Origin: Eledone cirrhosa
Taxonomy: Eukaryota
DNA length: 64,000 nt
Assembly (NCBI GenBank): GCA_964016885.1
Contig: OZ024759.1
Span: forward strand, 17,050,001 to 17,114,000
Direction: 5' to 3'
Below the pieces are notes generated by a model. That model saw only the letters and a program-made list of their open reading frames with translations, ran no database searches and was not told where the DNA came from. Every line of letters begins with the position of its first letter. The stretch's first letter is position 1. Made by a program: the position numbers and the translations under genes. Of this stretch, positions 13,546-28,070 are shown one piece after another.

Positions 13546-16500
13546 ATGAGAGAACATGGATAATAGAAAACCATTGGTTTGTGTAGTGGAGGCATGTGGC
13601 CTAGTGTTAAGAGTAAGGTTGTTGGAATTCTGATCATAATTGTTTCTACTTTTGGCACAAGGCCAGCAATTACCCAGTGTATTACTGGTACTTTATTTTA
13701 TCGACCCCCGTAAGGATGAAAGGCAAAGTTAACCTCGGCGGGATTTGAACTCAGAATGGCAAGGGCCGTAACTCTATGCGTCAAAGCATGGCGTCCGACC
13801 CTCTACCGATACTGCCAATCCACCAATGCCGTGGGTTCAGTTCCTGGACGAGGCTGTGTGTTGAGATTTTCAGCAAAACACATCATTTCACGTTGCTCCA
13901 GTATACTCAGCTGAAAATGAGTACCAGCAATAGCTGGGGGCTTAAACACTGTGATGGACTGGCTTCCTGTCCAAGGAAGAGTTTTGTACTCTCAGTCACT
14001 TCATACCCAGAAACCAGGATAAGAGCCGGCTTGATGAGGCTCGGGGCTCAAGACAGACTTTAGATTGGTTTGTGTGGGTCAGAGAGAAGAGAGATAACAG
14101 GAGAGAGGGAGAGAGAGAAAAGAGATAACAGAACACCATTGGTTTGTGATTTGCATCTATTCGCTCAGTCAAATACTTGGCATGTTGTAGGCCTTTTAAA
14201 TCAGAGCTGTTCTGGAGTTACACAATAGCATTTAACCCTTACACTATCTATATGGTTCAAATGATGTTTGAGAAATTTAATAAAATAACTAATGTTTTTA
14301 TTAGTAAGCTGATTATTTGAAACATCGTCATCATCATCATTTAACATCCACTTTCCCTACTAGCAAGGGTTGGACAGGTTTACATAGACCCAAGTCAGTC
14401 TCGAAGTGGAGCTAGTGACTTCCCAGACATTTCATGGTGTCTGTATCCTGCTTATGTACAGTCATATCAAGTGCAGAGGAGAAATCGTCATGTCTTTTAA
14501 CACAAACTGAAAGGTCCTCCTAACCCCTTGTTTGGTAAGCTTTCTACAGCTGGATACCCTTCCTAACACCAATGACTTTACATTTGAAAAATGAGTTAGA
14601 AGTTTGTACCATATTTTTTACTGCAGAACATAGTCTAAAGTCCCCTGAATAGTAAAAAAGGGTATCAGCAAACCCATTTTTTCCACTCAGGGCCCTGTTA
14701 TTAGACTATTTTCTGTAATAAAAAATACAGTGAAAACTTCACTCACTCTCTTCTTAAGTGCAGGCAATTTGAGACAAGTCAGTATCAAAGGGATTAAGCC
14801 TTTTCATACAAACTCCACCTGGTTTTATTATATAAGGTTGTTCATTTTGAAGTGTTTATATTTATCTACAAATTTTCCACCGTAATTTTATGTGTAAGAA
14901 CCATTTTTAAGTTACAAGTGTCTTTCATTGAGAGTAAGATAACAAAGGGATTAAGGCAATTTTCCTAGCTAAAGTTGGGATGAGACTTGTGTGTGCTCCA
15001 TGTCATGAGATCTTATTTTAGGCAAGATTTTACAATGTATGCCCTTCCTGACACCAACCCTTCAATACACTTGGATATGGGGTCAAACTATTCCCTTGTA
15101 TTGTTCTTTCTTCACCCAATCATTCTATTATCAGTTGTTGTTTAGCCCCAGGTCAACCATGACTGAGCATGGTAGTGATCAAATTAAAAAGATAAAATCA
15201 GTGTCCTTCCATTATTTTTAAACAGTAAGTTATAATTTGAGGGAGATTAGCAACTATTTATAGCAGGATAAGTGGCCATATAGAAGCTCCCACATTGGCT
15301 TATTGTTGATGATGATGATGCTATTGCTGCTGTGATGATGATGGAAGGTTTTTAGATAAATATGTATGTATGGAACCGTAACACCAGGTGGAGCCCATAC
15401 CTCTGAAGGTCTGAAGACAGCTGATTTCTTCCAGAGAATGTGTGAGAGAGAGAGAGAATAAGAAAGACATATAGATATAGAGGAAAAATTAACTCTAGTA
15501 CTTGAATGGTACATTTTTTATCAACCTCAATGCGATCTGAATTCGAGAGAAGTGAACCGAAACAAATACTGCAAAGCATTCTATCTGACATGGTAACGAC
15601 TCTGCCAATTCACTGCCTAACTTAAAATAAATATAAACATTTTTGAAACAGACAATTATATATGATAGAACAATGGCTAGTTTGAGGTCAGCATGATCAG
15701 AACTCAGAGAGTAGAGAACCGAAGCAAATACTGCAAAACCTATCTTATATTCTAACAACTCTGCCATTTCACTGCCTAACTTAAAATAAAATATAAATAT
15801 TCATTGGATTTGCAGTGTAAGTGTGAGAAAAAGGAAGATCATGGACGAGCTGAAAGCGAAGCTGGTTTTAAGAGGGGTGCAGAAGAGAAGACTGTGTTGA
15901 TATGGACATGTAATGTGTATGAATGATAATTGATGGGTGAACAAGTGCCAGGAAATGCCAGTGGAAGGAAGCTGTAGTAGAAGTAGACCAAGAAAGGCCT
16001 GGGCAGAGGTGGTGAGAGCTGACCTCAAATCGCTGAAACTCACAGAGGAGACGGCAAAGGGAAGCAGCAAGTGGAGAAATGCAGTGCTGAGAAGGACCCA
16101 TCCAATTCATGCAAGCATGGAAAAAAATGGACATAAAAATGGTGATTTTGAAACAAAAAGTTGCAATATCATGGCAGATTTGATTTGAGGAAATTTGATA
16201 TCAAACGGGTTAAATCCTAACTATTTTAGTAACTAAAAAACCAAAACCAAATAAAACAAATAAAATAAATTAAGTAAAATAGATAAATAAATAGCCAAAA
16301 CAAATAAAATGTAATGTAATTAGAACAACTTTAGGAATGTAGTTATGTAGTTTTATCTGATAGCTCAGCCTACAGTGGTTAATATCTATCTATCCTATTC
16401 TACCACTCCCTCGGTTTAGAGGGAATAATAACTTATATTATATATATATAATATACATATATATATATATATATATATAGATGCATATATACATACATAC

Positions 16501-16700
16501 ACACATATACATATATATATATATACACACACACATACAAATTGATACATATATTCTAATAAATACATATATATCTACACACATCCACACGCCTGTATAG
16601 CACTTGTTGCTTCAATAAGTCCTGAGAATTTTGGCAATGCTCCAAACAAAAGTAACTTCTCTACCCTTTTGTTGTTCCATAGATGAGTGGTAAATAAACG

Positions 16701-16747
<47 letters not shown>

Positions 16748-17152
16748 AAATAACCTATATTTGCATAAAACACATCCATCACCAACATATTACCTCTTAG
16801 CTAACAAGTAAACTTCTATATGGGTCGCTATACCTGCTAGAAATAGCAGCCAAATACGCTACAGTATACTCTATGTCAGGTAGCTCTTCAGAGCTACTGG
16901 TAATATGTAACTCAGTACAACCTGTGCATGGTCAGGTTGTCGGCAACTAAACCGGCAACCCCCACCAAGCTTGCTTTGTGAGGAGGGCAAATTTGGACAA
17001 TCTGCAAGATGAAAAACAAAACCTGTCAAAGGGCGAAGGAAGTTAGGAGAGTTAAGGGCCACCCAATAAATTTTTTTTTTTTTTTGAGCAAAACATCTCT
17101 CTAGCAGAAGGTCCATCTGATATAAAACCTGCAACTTCGATTGCATCTAATG

Positions 17153-17492
17153 ATGGAGGCACATGGCTTAGTGGTTAGAGCATTGGCCTTGCAATCGAAA
17201 GGTTGTGAGTTCAATTCTCAGACCGGGTGATGTGTTGTTTCCTTGAGCAAGACACTTTATTTCACGTTGCTCCAGTTTACTCAGCTGTAGAAATGAGATG
17301 ATAGGGACTGGGGTCCCTATCATTCCACTGCAAAGTGGTCGTGGAGGTGCCACGGCAAAAAAGCACCCAGCACTCACTGTAAATGAGGTTGGTGTTAGGA
17401 AGGGCATCCAGCTGTAGAAATCAAGCCAGCATCAGTTCCCGTCCCACCCTTGCAAGCAGGGAAAAAGCGGACGTAAAATGATGATGATGATG
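17153..17492 (+). mobile_element. SINE S2 copy
   Basis: Full head (ggaggcacatggcttagtggttagagc...gagttcaattc) through to the (GAT)n tail. Confidence 0.8.
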
Positions 17493-17802
17493 TAGACCAG
17501 TTCTTCTTTTTGGGCAAATGCATTCTATATTTAGAGAGTGGGATTGGCCCCGTGCAAACGCTTGATATGTGACATTTTTTGCGATGCGTGGTATTGCTGG
17601 CCATAGGCAAGTCCCTAGCAGGACTAAAAAGCACGTCTGTGATGCTCAAGCTATCAAGCGATGGCATCACTCAAAATCGAGTCATGGCCTGTATGTTATG
17701 AACCAGTAACTCCTGATGGAGTCAAAGAAGAACCAGTGTAACATACAGTATGTCTTGGGCACTTTAACCTGTTCAAAAAATATATATATATATATATATA
17801 TA

Positions 17803-18050
17803 ATTGTAAAAATTCTATTTAAATTGTTGGGATACAACAAGCAAATATTTTTATAACTGATATAAAGCACTCAACAAATATTTGGAGTAAAAATACGATA
17901 TTAACAAATGGAAACTATATTTATAAAACCATATTTATTTCATTATACATATTTCAAGGACACCAAGTTAAAATATGGTGTGCTTTCATCAGATAAAATA
18001 TAATATAGATCAGTTTTATAAATAAATATTGACATACCCTTAAAGAATGC
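17803..18050 (-). mobile_element. Single-arm copy of family A HHR element
   Basis: Near-identical by eye to the reverse complement of 44727-44973. Other copies or fragments lie at 58938-59172 (-) and ~1720-1885. Confidence 0.7.
17936..18000 (-). ncRNA. Type I hammerhead ribozyme (family A), intact core, sense to WDR1 intron 1
   Basis: tattttat CTGATGA aagcacacca-loop-tggtgtcctt GAAA tatgta TA|atgaaata. Stem I has 8 bp, stem II 9/10 bp, and stem III is self-complementary (ATATGTAT). Confidence 0.75.
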
Positions 18051-18241
18051 TTAGTAAAATCGAATCTCTGGCGGCTTGCAAGCAAATTCGGCCTACTTAT
18101 GAGGTGATGAGTTAGCAAAGCACTTGATAAGTTAGGTCCTTAGAGTAATAACTTACGTTTAAATAGCTTGACAAATCTAACATTGTGGTAGGCAAAATTT
18201 AACCCACAATAACATACCAAAGTAACTATAGAACTAACAGG

Positions 18242-18280
<39 letters not shown>

Positions 18281-19528
18281 AGCTGCCCCTGTTCAATATA
18301 TATGTATGGACTCACCCCCACCGTTCAATATGGAGGCACAACCCCTGTTCAATATATACATATATATAGACCAGCTGCTCCTGTTCAATATATATATATA
18401 TATATATATATAGTGGAGTGGAGACCATCCCTCTCCATGTCCAAACATAACTGATTTCTTCTAGAGAAAGGAAGAGAAAGAAGAATCAACAGTACTGGGG
18501 TAGATACTTCGCCACCAACTACACTCACTCTCTGAAAGAAATCAGCTGCGTTCTGACCTGGTGAAGGACTTTTTGGTAAATTTATAGAACACCCACCCTC
18601 ACTTTCATTGGGGGTGGTGGGTGGGGGGGAAGTTGATTGCAAACACCTTTGAGGTCCAATTAGTTGATGCAACCCCCTACCCCCGCCCCCCAAAATGAAC
18701 TTTCTGCCTCCTTTCCCCCCTTTTTTTTTTCTACAAAGCTAGTCGTTTCCGACTGGTTTGTAGGTCATATTTGTTGATAACATAGGAAAAACAAATTGTA
18801 GAGAAAACTCCGAGGAGGGGGGCAGAAGAAGCAACATGAAATAAAGCATCTTTTTCAAGAGCACAATGCACCACTGGGTTTAAAATCAAACTCACAAGTC
18901 CAATACCCTAACCACTGGCCCACATGCCTTCACTGAACTATGGCTATAGTAAAAAAGTGCCATGCAGTAAGATTGAACCTGGGCATAGTTTTTATAGTTG
19001 CATGTCCTTCTCATTATCAACCGTTTTACAGCATGAACTGGGAACAACTTTAGTGTATCACCAGCAGGATTAAAGTGCAACCCCTACACTATATCAATTT
19101 TTATAGCAGTATTTTTATGGGTTAACATTAAGATATAACTGTTCAATATCTATCCCTTAACAACTGATTGAGGGCACTGCAGTAATATATAATGGCATTT
19201 AAACCCAGTGGAGCCCATCCCTCTTTAGGCCTGAACTCTGTTGATTTCTTCAAGAGAAAAAGGAAGTGAGAAAGACATATTACAAGCAGAAACAACCCCA
19301 GTACTTGATTAGTACTTTATTTAACGGCCTCAGAAAGATGAAATGCAAAGATGACCACGGTGGGATTTGAACTCAGCATATATATATATATATATATAGA
19401 CCCACCATCCCTATATATATATATATAGACCCACCATCCCTATATATATATATATATATATATAGACCCACCATCCATATATATATATATAGACCCACCA
19501 TCCATATATATATATATAGACCCACCAT

Positions 19529-19637
<109 letters not shown>

Positions 19638-21837
19638 AGCAATGCAAAGATTCGATATATCAATCGACAAGATCCGAGACCTCATTTGCTTACTAAGTGG
19701 GAAACAGCCAGAAACAGCTCTGTATGAGTAAGACATGGTCACCTGGCTTAACTTGACTCACAATGGGACAACTTGGCCTAACCCATGTTAGCATGGAAAA
19801 ATGGTCATTAATTGGTGATGATGATGATATACATACAAACAGAGATAGATAGATAGATAGATATAAAGATATATATATCTTTATATCTATCTATATGTGT
19901 ATATATGTATATCATCATTATCAATGCTTTTACATCCATTATATATATATATATACTCACACACAATGTCGTAACTAAAACCAGTGAGGTCTGAGATTTA
20001 ATAACAGATTAATCTGCCTGACTCAATGAAGCATTAATCATGCTAGGGATGGATTAATTTTCAGTTAGCACATTAGACATGCACACACAGAAACACCCAC
20101 ATGTACACACTACACACAGACAAATATGCATGGATAGGAAACTCTTAACCCTATTGCATTTAAACTGGCCATACCTGGCCACAATTCTCTCACCACTTTC
20201 TATTCAAACTGGTTGTAACTGGCTGCTCATACTTATGTTAAGGTGTTGTTCTCAAAATAAACAATATCAAAATCTCGTAGATTCGATATTATGTGAGATA
20301 AAGTGTTTATCGTGAAATTACAATAGTAAATATAGAGTAATGTAAATGCTAAAGGGTTAATGGAGTTTTAGGGGCATGGGAGTGACATATGGTGTTTCTT
20401 GGGCATTTTGAAACTTGAAGCTCATTTCCTCTCCAACTGAATTCTTCCAGAGTAGGAGAGAAAGTGAGAGAGATATATAGAGGAATAATCAACACCAGTA
20501 CTGAGCTGGTACTTTATTTATCAGCCTCCAAAAGATGAAAGGTACAGCTGATCCCAGCTAGTTTTAAACTCAGAACACACAGAAAGCCAGAACAAATACC
20601 ACAAAGCATTCTCTCAGATGTTCTAACGACAATGTTAATGTGAACTGGCATATTTAATCTTGTTGGTAATTTAATTTAATACTATAACGTTTATTTTCCT
20701 CAAGACGGAGACACCCCTCCACATAGCACCACCAACTTTATTGAACAAAGATGTAATGATCACGATCATCATCATTGTTTTTATGTCTGCTTTTCCATGC
20801 TTGCATGGGTTGGACATTTACAGTGTGTGCTGGGTGCTTTTTGGCATGACACCTACACAACCACCTTACATTCTCTTGCTCTCTCTCTCTCTACTGCCAT
20901 CAGTTGAATAGAATTTCACATTTTTTAGGCTGAACAGTTGATATGGTTTTTGTTTCAATTGCGAGATTTTAGCGAATAATAACATTTTCGAAGTAATGTC
21001 AAAATTAAAAATAGAGGACAATACAATCGTGTCACAATATATTAGATATTGTAGTTCATTACTTTTATGCTTAAGTACAAACCCATACTTGCTGAAGTCA
21101 GAAAGCCATGAAATTCACATTTATTATATCATCATCATCACCATTTAATGTCCATTTTTCCATGTATGGGCTAGACAAGTTGTCCCATTGTGAGACAAGC
21201 CAGATCAGATGACTGTGTCTTGTTCATACAGAACTGATTCTGGCTTGGTTTTTATGGCTGGATGCCCTTCCTAATGCCAACCACATTTACATCTACCATG
21301 CATATATATGGATCAGTGGTTCAGTGGTAGAATGCTCGCCTGCCCGGCCCGGGTTCGATAACTGGATTCGCAATTGTGAGGTTGTCAGTTCGATTCCTGG
21401 ACCGGGCGATGTGTTATGTCCTTGAGCAAGACACTTTATTTCACGTTGCTCCTTATACCTGCCATTGTGACTGATAGATAGTATTAGCAATTGGAAAGAC
21501 CAATGGAAACATTGTTTCCCCCAGTCCGATTTGACAAAAGTTGATTGACAAATATATATATGTGTATATATATCACGATAAATTAACGGAGCCATAGACT
21601 CTCGCGAGAGTCTATGGCTCCGTTAATTTATCGTGATATTTCACTCCTTATAACAGTCTTTCCTCTCTCTCTGTTTGGTTAAGCACACTTCTCTGAGTGG
21701 TTTGGGCTGCCATTTCTAGCAGCTTGTCCCTCAGAGGCCACTGGTTACTGCCCTAGGCACGCTGTGACTTCTCTCTCCCACGTGTGGCTGGAGGGTCGCT
21801 TTAGATTCTCTTAGAGTTGTCTGAAATGTATAGCCTT

Positions 21838-21919
21838 ACACACGCTGATGAACCATGGGCTATTCATTTCTGTCAACAACTTATTGGCGAAACAGATCTC
21901 TTTGGATTTGTACATGTGT
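21838..21919 (+). ncRNA. Type I hammerhead ribozyme with full stem III, slightly decayed
   Basis: acacacg CTGATGA(21845-51) acca...ttggc GAAA cagatc-tctttg-gatttg TA|catgtgt. Stem III has 6 bp and stem I 6/7 bp. The stem II closing pair is an A-C mismatch. Confidence 0.6.
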
Positions 21920-22139
21920 GTTAGATAGTTATCAAGGTATGTATTTAGACTTTTAATTATCGTGTGTCTACTCTACCTTCCATGGGTTATAGATTCCATA
22001 CACTGGTGGTTTTTCCCTGTTTGATTGATGGCGCACTATCTTGATAGTATATGTGTGTATATATATATATACACACATAATACAATATGTTGAAAAGGTA
22101 ACACACTCTCTAGTGTGTTACCTTTTCAACATATTGTAT

Positions 22140-22188
<49 letters not shown>

Positions 22189-25016
22189 GGTAGTGATACA
22201 TGAGCAGTGGCTACAGAGGATATGCAAGGGGTGAAAAGAAATGAGGCGAGCATGCTTTGATAGATGCACAATGTTAATGTGTGAACAACAAAGTATGGAT
22301 GAACTGAAAAAGAAATTGAATATAAGAGAAATCAGATATTGTGTGTAGGAGAGAAGACAACACTGGTCTGCACATTTGATGCACATTTGATGCACAAAGA
22401 AAATGATTGCCGAGTAAAGAAGTGCCAAGAAATCCAAGTGGAGGGAAGCCACAGTAGAGGAAGACCGAGGAAGATGTTGGAGGATGTGGTGGGAGCTGAT
22501 CTCAAATCATTGAAACTTATGGTAGAGATATCAAAAGATCATGATGCTTGGAGAAATGCAGTGCTGAAAAGGACCTGTCCAACCCTCACAAGCACACAAA
22601 AGCAGACATAAAATGATGATGATGATGATGATGATGGTATACGATACAAATACAGGTAATATAATAACTGCAATTGTTTAAAACAGACAAGGCGTGGCGC
22701 AGGCAAAAGTATATATACAAACAGGTGTTTTCTACATCACTCTGTCTCTCTCTCTCTCTCATATTCAGTTCACTGCTAACTTTTCCAACACAAACATCTG
22801 CACAAACACACTTAAATGTACACATATATGTACATGCATACAATATATGTACACACATACAATATATGTACACCCATTTAGTACACAAATACAATATATT
22901 TACACACAAGATATTTACCATATTCTGGGTAAATTTATATATTATTACACCCAACTTTGAAATGGGTATTATGAAGTTCTCTGGTCAGGGAACCACAGAA
23001 GTAAAGTAATTCATGACAGTTTAGAAGGCCATATTTATTCAAAATGCATAAAAAACAAATTTAACCATCAAAATTCTAACCAAATATATCAACTAACTAC
23101 CCTTAAAATTGTCAGAACATTGCTGACTTGTGGAGCTATGTCAAACAGCTGCTTGTGTGTGTAAGACAGATCCAGCTACAGGCTGTGTTAATTTTAAAGA
23201 TAGATGCCCAATCTTCTTCCAGTTAAGAAGCACAGGCAGTTTTCATCTGCTTGGTGGCTATGGAGAAAGAGGTTGTGTGGTGGACATGATTGAAAGGGTT
23301 GAAGACAGACACTTCTAAGAAAGACCCAACTATATTGGTTGTGTCCACTACGAAGACAACCATAATCTTCCTTTAGACAGAAAGGATAGGCAGTTTTCAT
23401 CAGCCTGGTGACTATGGTGAAAGAGGTTGAGGGTAGAGATTTTCCTCTTCGGCGAAGCCCTAATTAACATTTTAACAGAGGAATATCAGGTTGGTGGAAA
23501 GAGAAGTGCTGCTTTCCAACCATTTTGTTGGAAAGTCTACGAGAGTGGCAACATGGCCCAAGTATACAAGGCTGCTCTGAGTAGATTGGGAAGGATCACT
23601 TGCTCGAGCAGTCAGGGTGGCCATGGCTTTTTGTGGGCTTTCTCCATGGGTAACTCACAGAAGTCTCCTCCCTTTTTAGGACATTTTATATAGTAAGAAA
23701 CTCTCAGGAGAACTGAACAGCAGAAGGTCTTCAAAGAAGAACCCCCACCCATCCTCAAGCGAGCCTAAAACTTCTTACACTCTAAGGGGGCTGGGCCCCA
23801 TCTCGGTCATGACTCCTGGGTGCCCTTCTGCTGACATTTTTTATTATAAAGTTATAGTAACTTTCCTTTTTGTTTTTATTTCTCCTGTTTACACACACGC
23901 GCACACACACACACACTCAATGTTTCGTCCTGTAGACCCATTGTGGTCAATAAAGAAATCATAATTATTATTAAGAGTTATGGTCCTTTACATTCTGAGT
24001 TCAAATCCTGCCAAAGTTAGCTTTGCCTTTCATCCTTATAGGGTCGATAAAATAAGTACCAGTAACGTGTTGCGGTCGATTTAAACAACTTTCCCTTCAT
24101 CCAAAATTGTTGGCTGTGTGCCTAAATCAGAGACCATTATTTGGAAATTATCTTTTGTTTTAATTTTATATATTGTTACATAACAAAACACCCTACCCTG
24201 TGCCATACTTAATGCTCTCTTCATGTGAACCCTTTGAGGTTGATAAAGAACTCGTTATTAGACACGTCTACGAGATGGATGTTATGGAGTTCCCGGCTGG
24301 GTGGAACCATGGAAAACGAGTAATTTACGAAGGCTTTGACGGCCAGGTAGTTATAAATGTCAAACATTATAGGAAAAACATATTTCACCTTCAAATTTTA
24401 CAACCAGACCTAAAAACTAATTACCCTTATAATTAAAAAGAAAATTACTATTACACCTGTCTTGAGGTCGGGTTTGATAAAAAAAAAAATACCCCGTATA
24501 ATCACACACACGCACAGACAGGCTAAGTCTTAACGCGTGACCTACAAGACATAATAGTAAAATCTTCCTCTGCAGCCGAAAAAGAAAACGAAAACGACGA
24601 AAGAAACAACACTTTGGACAATGTAGTTACAAAAACGTACGAAAAAGCCATGAATGTCACGGGCGGAAGACTTTTAATCTGTGCTCACCTGAAGCTATAC
24701 AACACTAATAAATATACAATATAGCATTTCAAAATACAACTGTCATTCTTTCATTCTTTAAGTAACAAATGGGTCAGATGATATAGCAATCTTTCGTCTT
24801 TCGTTTTGAAATCACGGACAACTTCCAGTCATTTTTGTGAGTGGAAAATGATAACACACACACACACACACGCGCATACACATACATACACATACATATA
24901 CATATAAAACCATACTCGTAATCTAAACATTCTGAAATGTATCCATGCAAAATATGCATTACTCAGAAAGTTATGAGTAAACAATATAAGGTGGGGACAC
25001 TAAATGATAGTTACGC

Positions 25017-25057
<41 letters not shown>

Positions 25058-25160
25058 CATACATGGACACACACATACATAGACACACACACACATGTAT
25101 GGACACACACACACATGTATGGACACACACACATGTATGGATACACACACATGTATGGAT

Positions 25161-25200
<40 letters not shown>

Positions 25201-25225
25201 CGAATGTAGAAAGGTAACACACATA

Positions 25226-25269
<44 letters not shown>

Positions 25270-25349
25270 GATAGATAATATACAATATAACTATTGTTTA
25301 ATGCTACCCCATGACTTAACAGAGATACATTTTCAACAATGTAAATGAC

Positions 25350-25397
<48 letters not shown>

Positions 25398-26075
25398 AAA
25401 ATTTAATTAATAATAAAACTGTCATTTTCACACACGGAAATTACTGGAAGTTGCTTGTGATCATAAAACGAAGGGTTACCGATGTAGTTTAGCACCAACA
25501 TCACCGTTGATTAAATGCAGATCTATGAACAAAGACATTCCCGCTACGAACACACAAAGTGCCCCTCCCCCTTTCTAAAGAAATGAAGCGGTTACGAGGA
25601 AATTTTGACAAAGATTTGGCAGTTAAATTTCGGAGATGCAGCAATTAAATACTGTATGTGTATGACATTGGTGATGTTTAACACCGGGTAGACTCGGATT
25701 AAAGTCATTCCGGTCGTGACCATCGCGTTTTTTTTAGAGGTATCTAGGAATACAGTACATAAATTAAACAGCACTTTAGATGGTGGGCGTGATTTGAGGG
25801 AAATATGGCTACTATTTCTAAGATATATATATATAGGTATGTGTGTGTATATATATTCTCAGTAGGACAGTGACTTCGAAGTTTCAGCTTTGTTGCTGCT
25901 TCCTCGGTATTGAGTGTTCATTCAGTTAATGTTTTAATTACTACGGTATTTTAAACATACTCAATGCATGCATGCATGCATGCGTGTCTGTATGTGTGTG
26001 TGTGTGTATGTACGTATATATAAGTGTGTGTGAGTTTCGGGTTCAATCGAAGGTAACCAGAGTAAGGTACTCAAT

Positions 26076-26122
<47 letters not shown>

Positions 26123-26130
26123 CACACACA

Positions 26131-26237
26131 CAGGGTGCCCCCAAAAATGTATACACATACACACGTTGATTACCTGTACAATATTTATTTGTGAGAATGC
26201 TGTTGAAGTGTGTATACATTTTTTTAGGACACCCTAT
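26131..26237. mobile_element. Tc1/mariner-type MITE
   Basis: TIRs cagggtgcccccaaaaatgtatacac / gtgtatacattttttaggacaccct in a TA context. Second copy at ~26739-26817. Confidence 0.6.
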
Positions 26238-26582
26238 ATATATATATATATATACACGCACAAACTATTCCCGGGGCAATTATGTATGTACGCCTCAGTA
26301 AACTTAAATTTGTAGCAACATTACACTTAGTCATCACAATCACAGACCAAAGGTTATTTAAACCCACACCAACACTGATAGAGCAGACATATTAAGTCGT
26401 TCCAGACATGACTGTCACATTTATTATTTTCAGTCTATACACCCATCGCCACTATTCAAATTATGTCCTGTCGTTCTTTTGCTTTCGTCTTTTACCTCCC
26501 GATGACTGCTATTTAAGAGGAGTGGCAGATAGTTTATGAATATTAAATTCTACACATAATATATGTAAATATAAACAACCAC

Positions 26583-26646
<64 letters not shown>

Positions 26647-26944
26647 TGTAGATTCCCCGAGTTGTGTCGTGGGGTAACCACTGTTAAAAATGCTACTCAA
26701 TAAATACATTGGTAGAGTATAGGCATCTTTATTATATATAGGGTGTTCCCCAAAGATGTATATACATATTTATTAGAATGCTGTTGAAGTGTGTATACAT
26801 TTTTTGGGACATGCTGTATCTATAGAAATGACTTCTACGGGAGTAGAACTATTTCATTCGTATAAAATCATCAGGAATTCCTGATGATTTCATACGAATG
26901 AAACAGTTCTAGTCTTGTAGAAATCATTTGTATATCCATAATAA

Positions 26945-26998
<54 letters not shown>

Positions 26999-27410
26999 CA
27001 CAATCGATATATTACTTGTATTTAAACGGAGCGGAAGAGTAAGAAAGAGAAATGATAGTAAAATCAACTACAACGAGAGATTTAAGATAGAAAGAAAATG
27101 AAGCAGACAGTAATTAAAAAGCCAGACACGTCTGCCACAACACTGCATAATCGTCTGTTTGTCTCTATTATTAACAACAACCCCCTTTGCCTTTCATCCT
27201 TCCGGGGTCGATAAAATAGACACATCAGTGAAGAACTGGAGACGAAGGAAGGAAGGAAGGGGTTCGATTTAACCGACTTTTCCTCCACTCCCCCAGATTG
27301 CTGGCCTTGCACATTAATTTAGAAAACACTACTACGAACAGCCTCACTTTTTCAATCCATTAAACGAAATGCATACATTTCATATATACTTATACACACA
27401 CACCCACCAC

Positions 27411-27446
<36 letters not shown>

Positions 27447-27867
27447 GTTTCTCGAAATCTTCGGTAATTATGTTGAACCCTCACACGTCGACTCGACGGG
27501 AGAGTCCATCATATATATATATCATCGTTTTTAAGTCCGTTTTGCCCCGCTTGCATGGGTTGGACGGATCCTTTTCAGCTCAGCATCTCTCTACTCTATT
27601 CTATATATATATATATAATAGACAGACAGACAAATCGTTTGACAGATAGATAGATAGATAGTTCCCTCTGTAGTATGTCTTGTACGATCATCTTAAAGAA
27701 TAACAATATCCATCACTTAGCCATAATAAAGAATATTATAGGCAGTTAGATATATACACATAGGTAGATAGATATATACGGTAGTGTTAAAGGTTAAAGA
27801 GACATTGCTATTATACTCCGATGGCTATGAATATAAAAGGAAAGACAAAAGAAATTGTAGAACTTAC

Positions 27868-27883
27868 TAAGTGTGTAAGACAT
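27868..27883 (-). CDS. WDR1: WDR1/AIP1 coding exon 1 (MSYTL + 1 nt)
   Basis: Minus strand reads ggcgatc ATG TCT TAC ACA CTT A|gtaagt. The consensus donor and phase 1 join the 5335 acceptor to give MSYTLKSTFPTLPRTQRG, the typical AIP1 N-terminus. Confidence 0.8.
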
Positions 27884-28070
27884 GATCGCCGATTCTTGTG
27901 TTAAGCAGCTTCAGAGAATGTGGAGCTTTTTACGTTAATTCCCGGCGACTCCCGGAAGTAGTTTCGGCTTTTCTTTCTTTTCTTTTCTGTTATAATATTA
28001 ACGACATCTTTCGTCAGTTATCGGTAATTCCCGTAAGCCGCACCTGCTGGAAATGCTTGAACGTTTAAAA
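27884..28070 (-). promoter_or_regulatory. WDR1 5'UTR/core promoter region with ETS-type CCGGAAGT motif (27952-27959)
   Basis: Non-repetitive, CpG-retaining sequence directly upstream of the exon 1 ATG. CCGGAAGT is the ETS/GABP consensus common in TATA-less housekeeping promoters. Confidence 0.45.

Noticed and set aside
17153-17230. tRNA gene-like A/B boxes
   Set aside because: These are heads of multi-copy SINEs continuing into a body and tail. There is no proper acceptor stem or terminator.
24173-24436. 87-aa plus-strand ORF
   Set aside because: Non-ATG start and no recognisable family. The splice signals in this region point to the minus strand.
26878-26920. CTGATGA...GAAA as an intact hammerhead
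   Set aside because: Stem I and stem III partners are missing and stem II is weak. Kept only as a palindrome.
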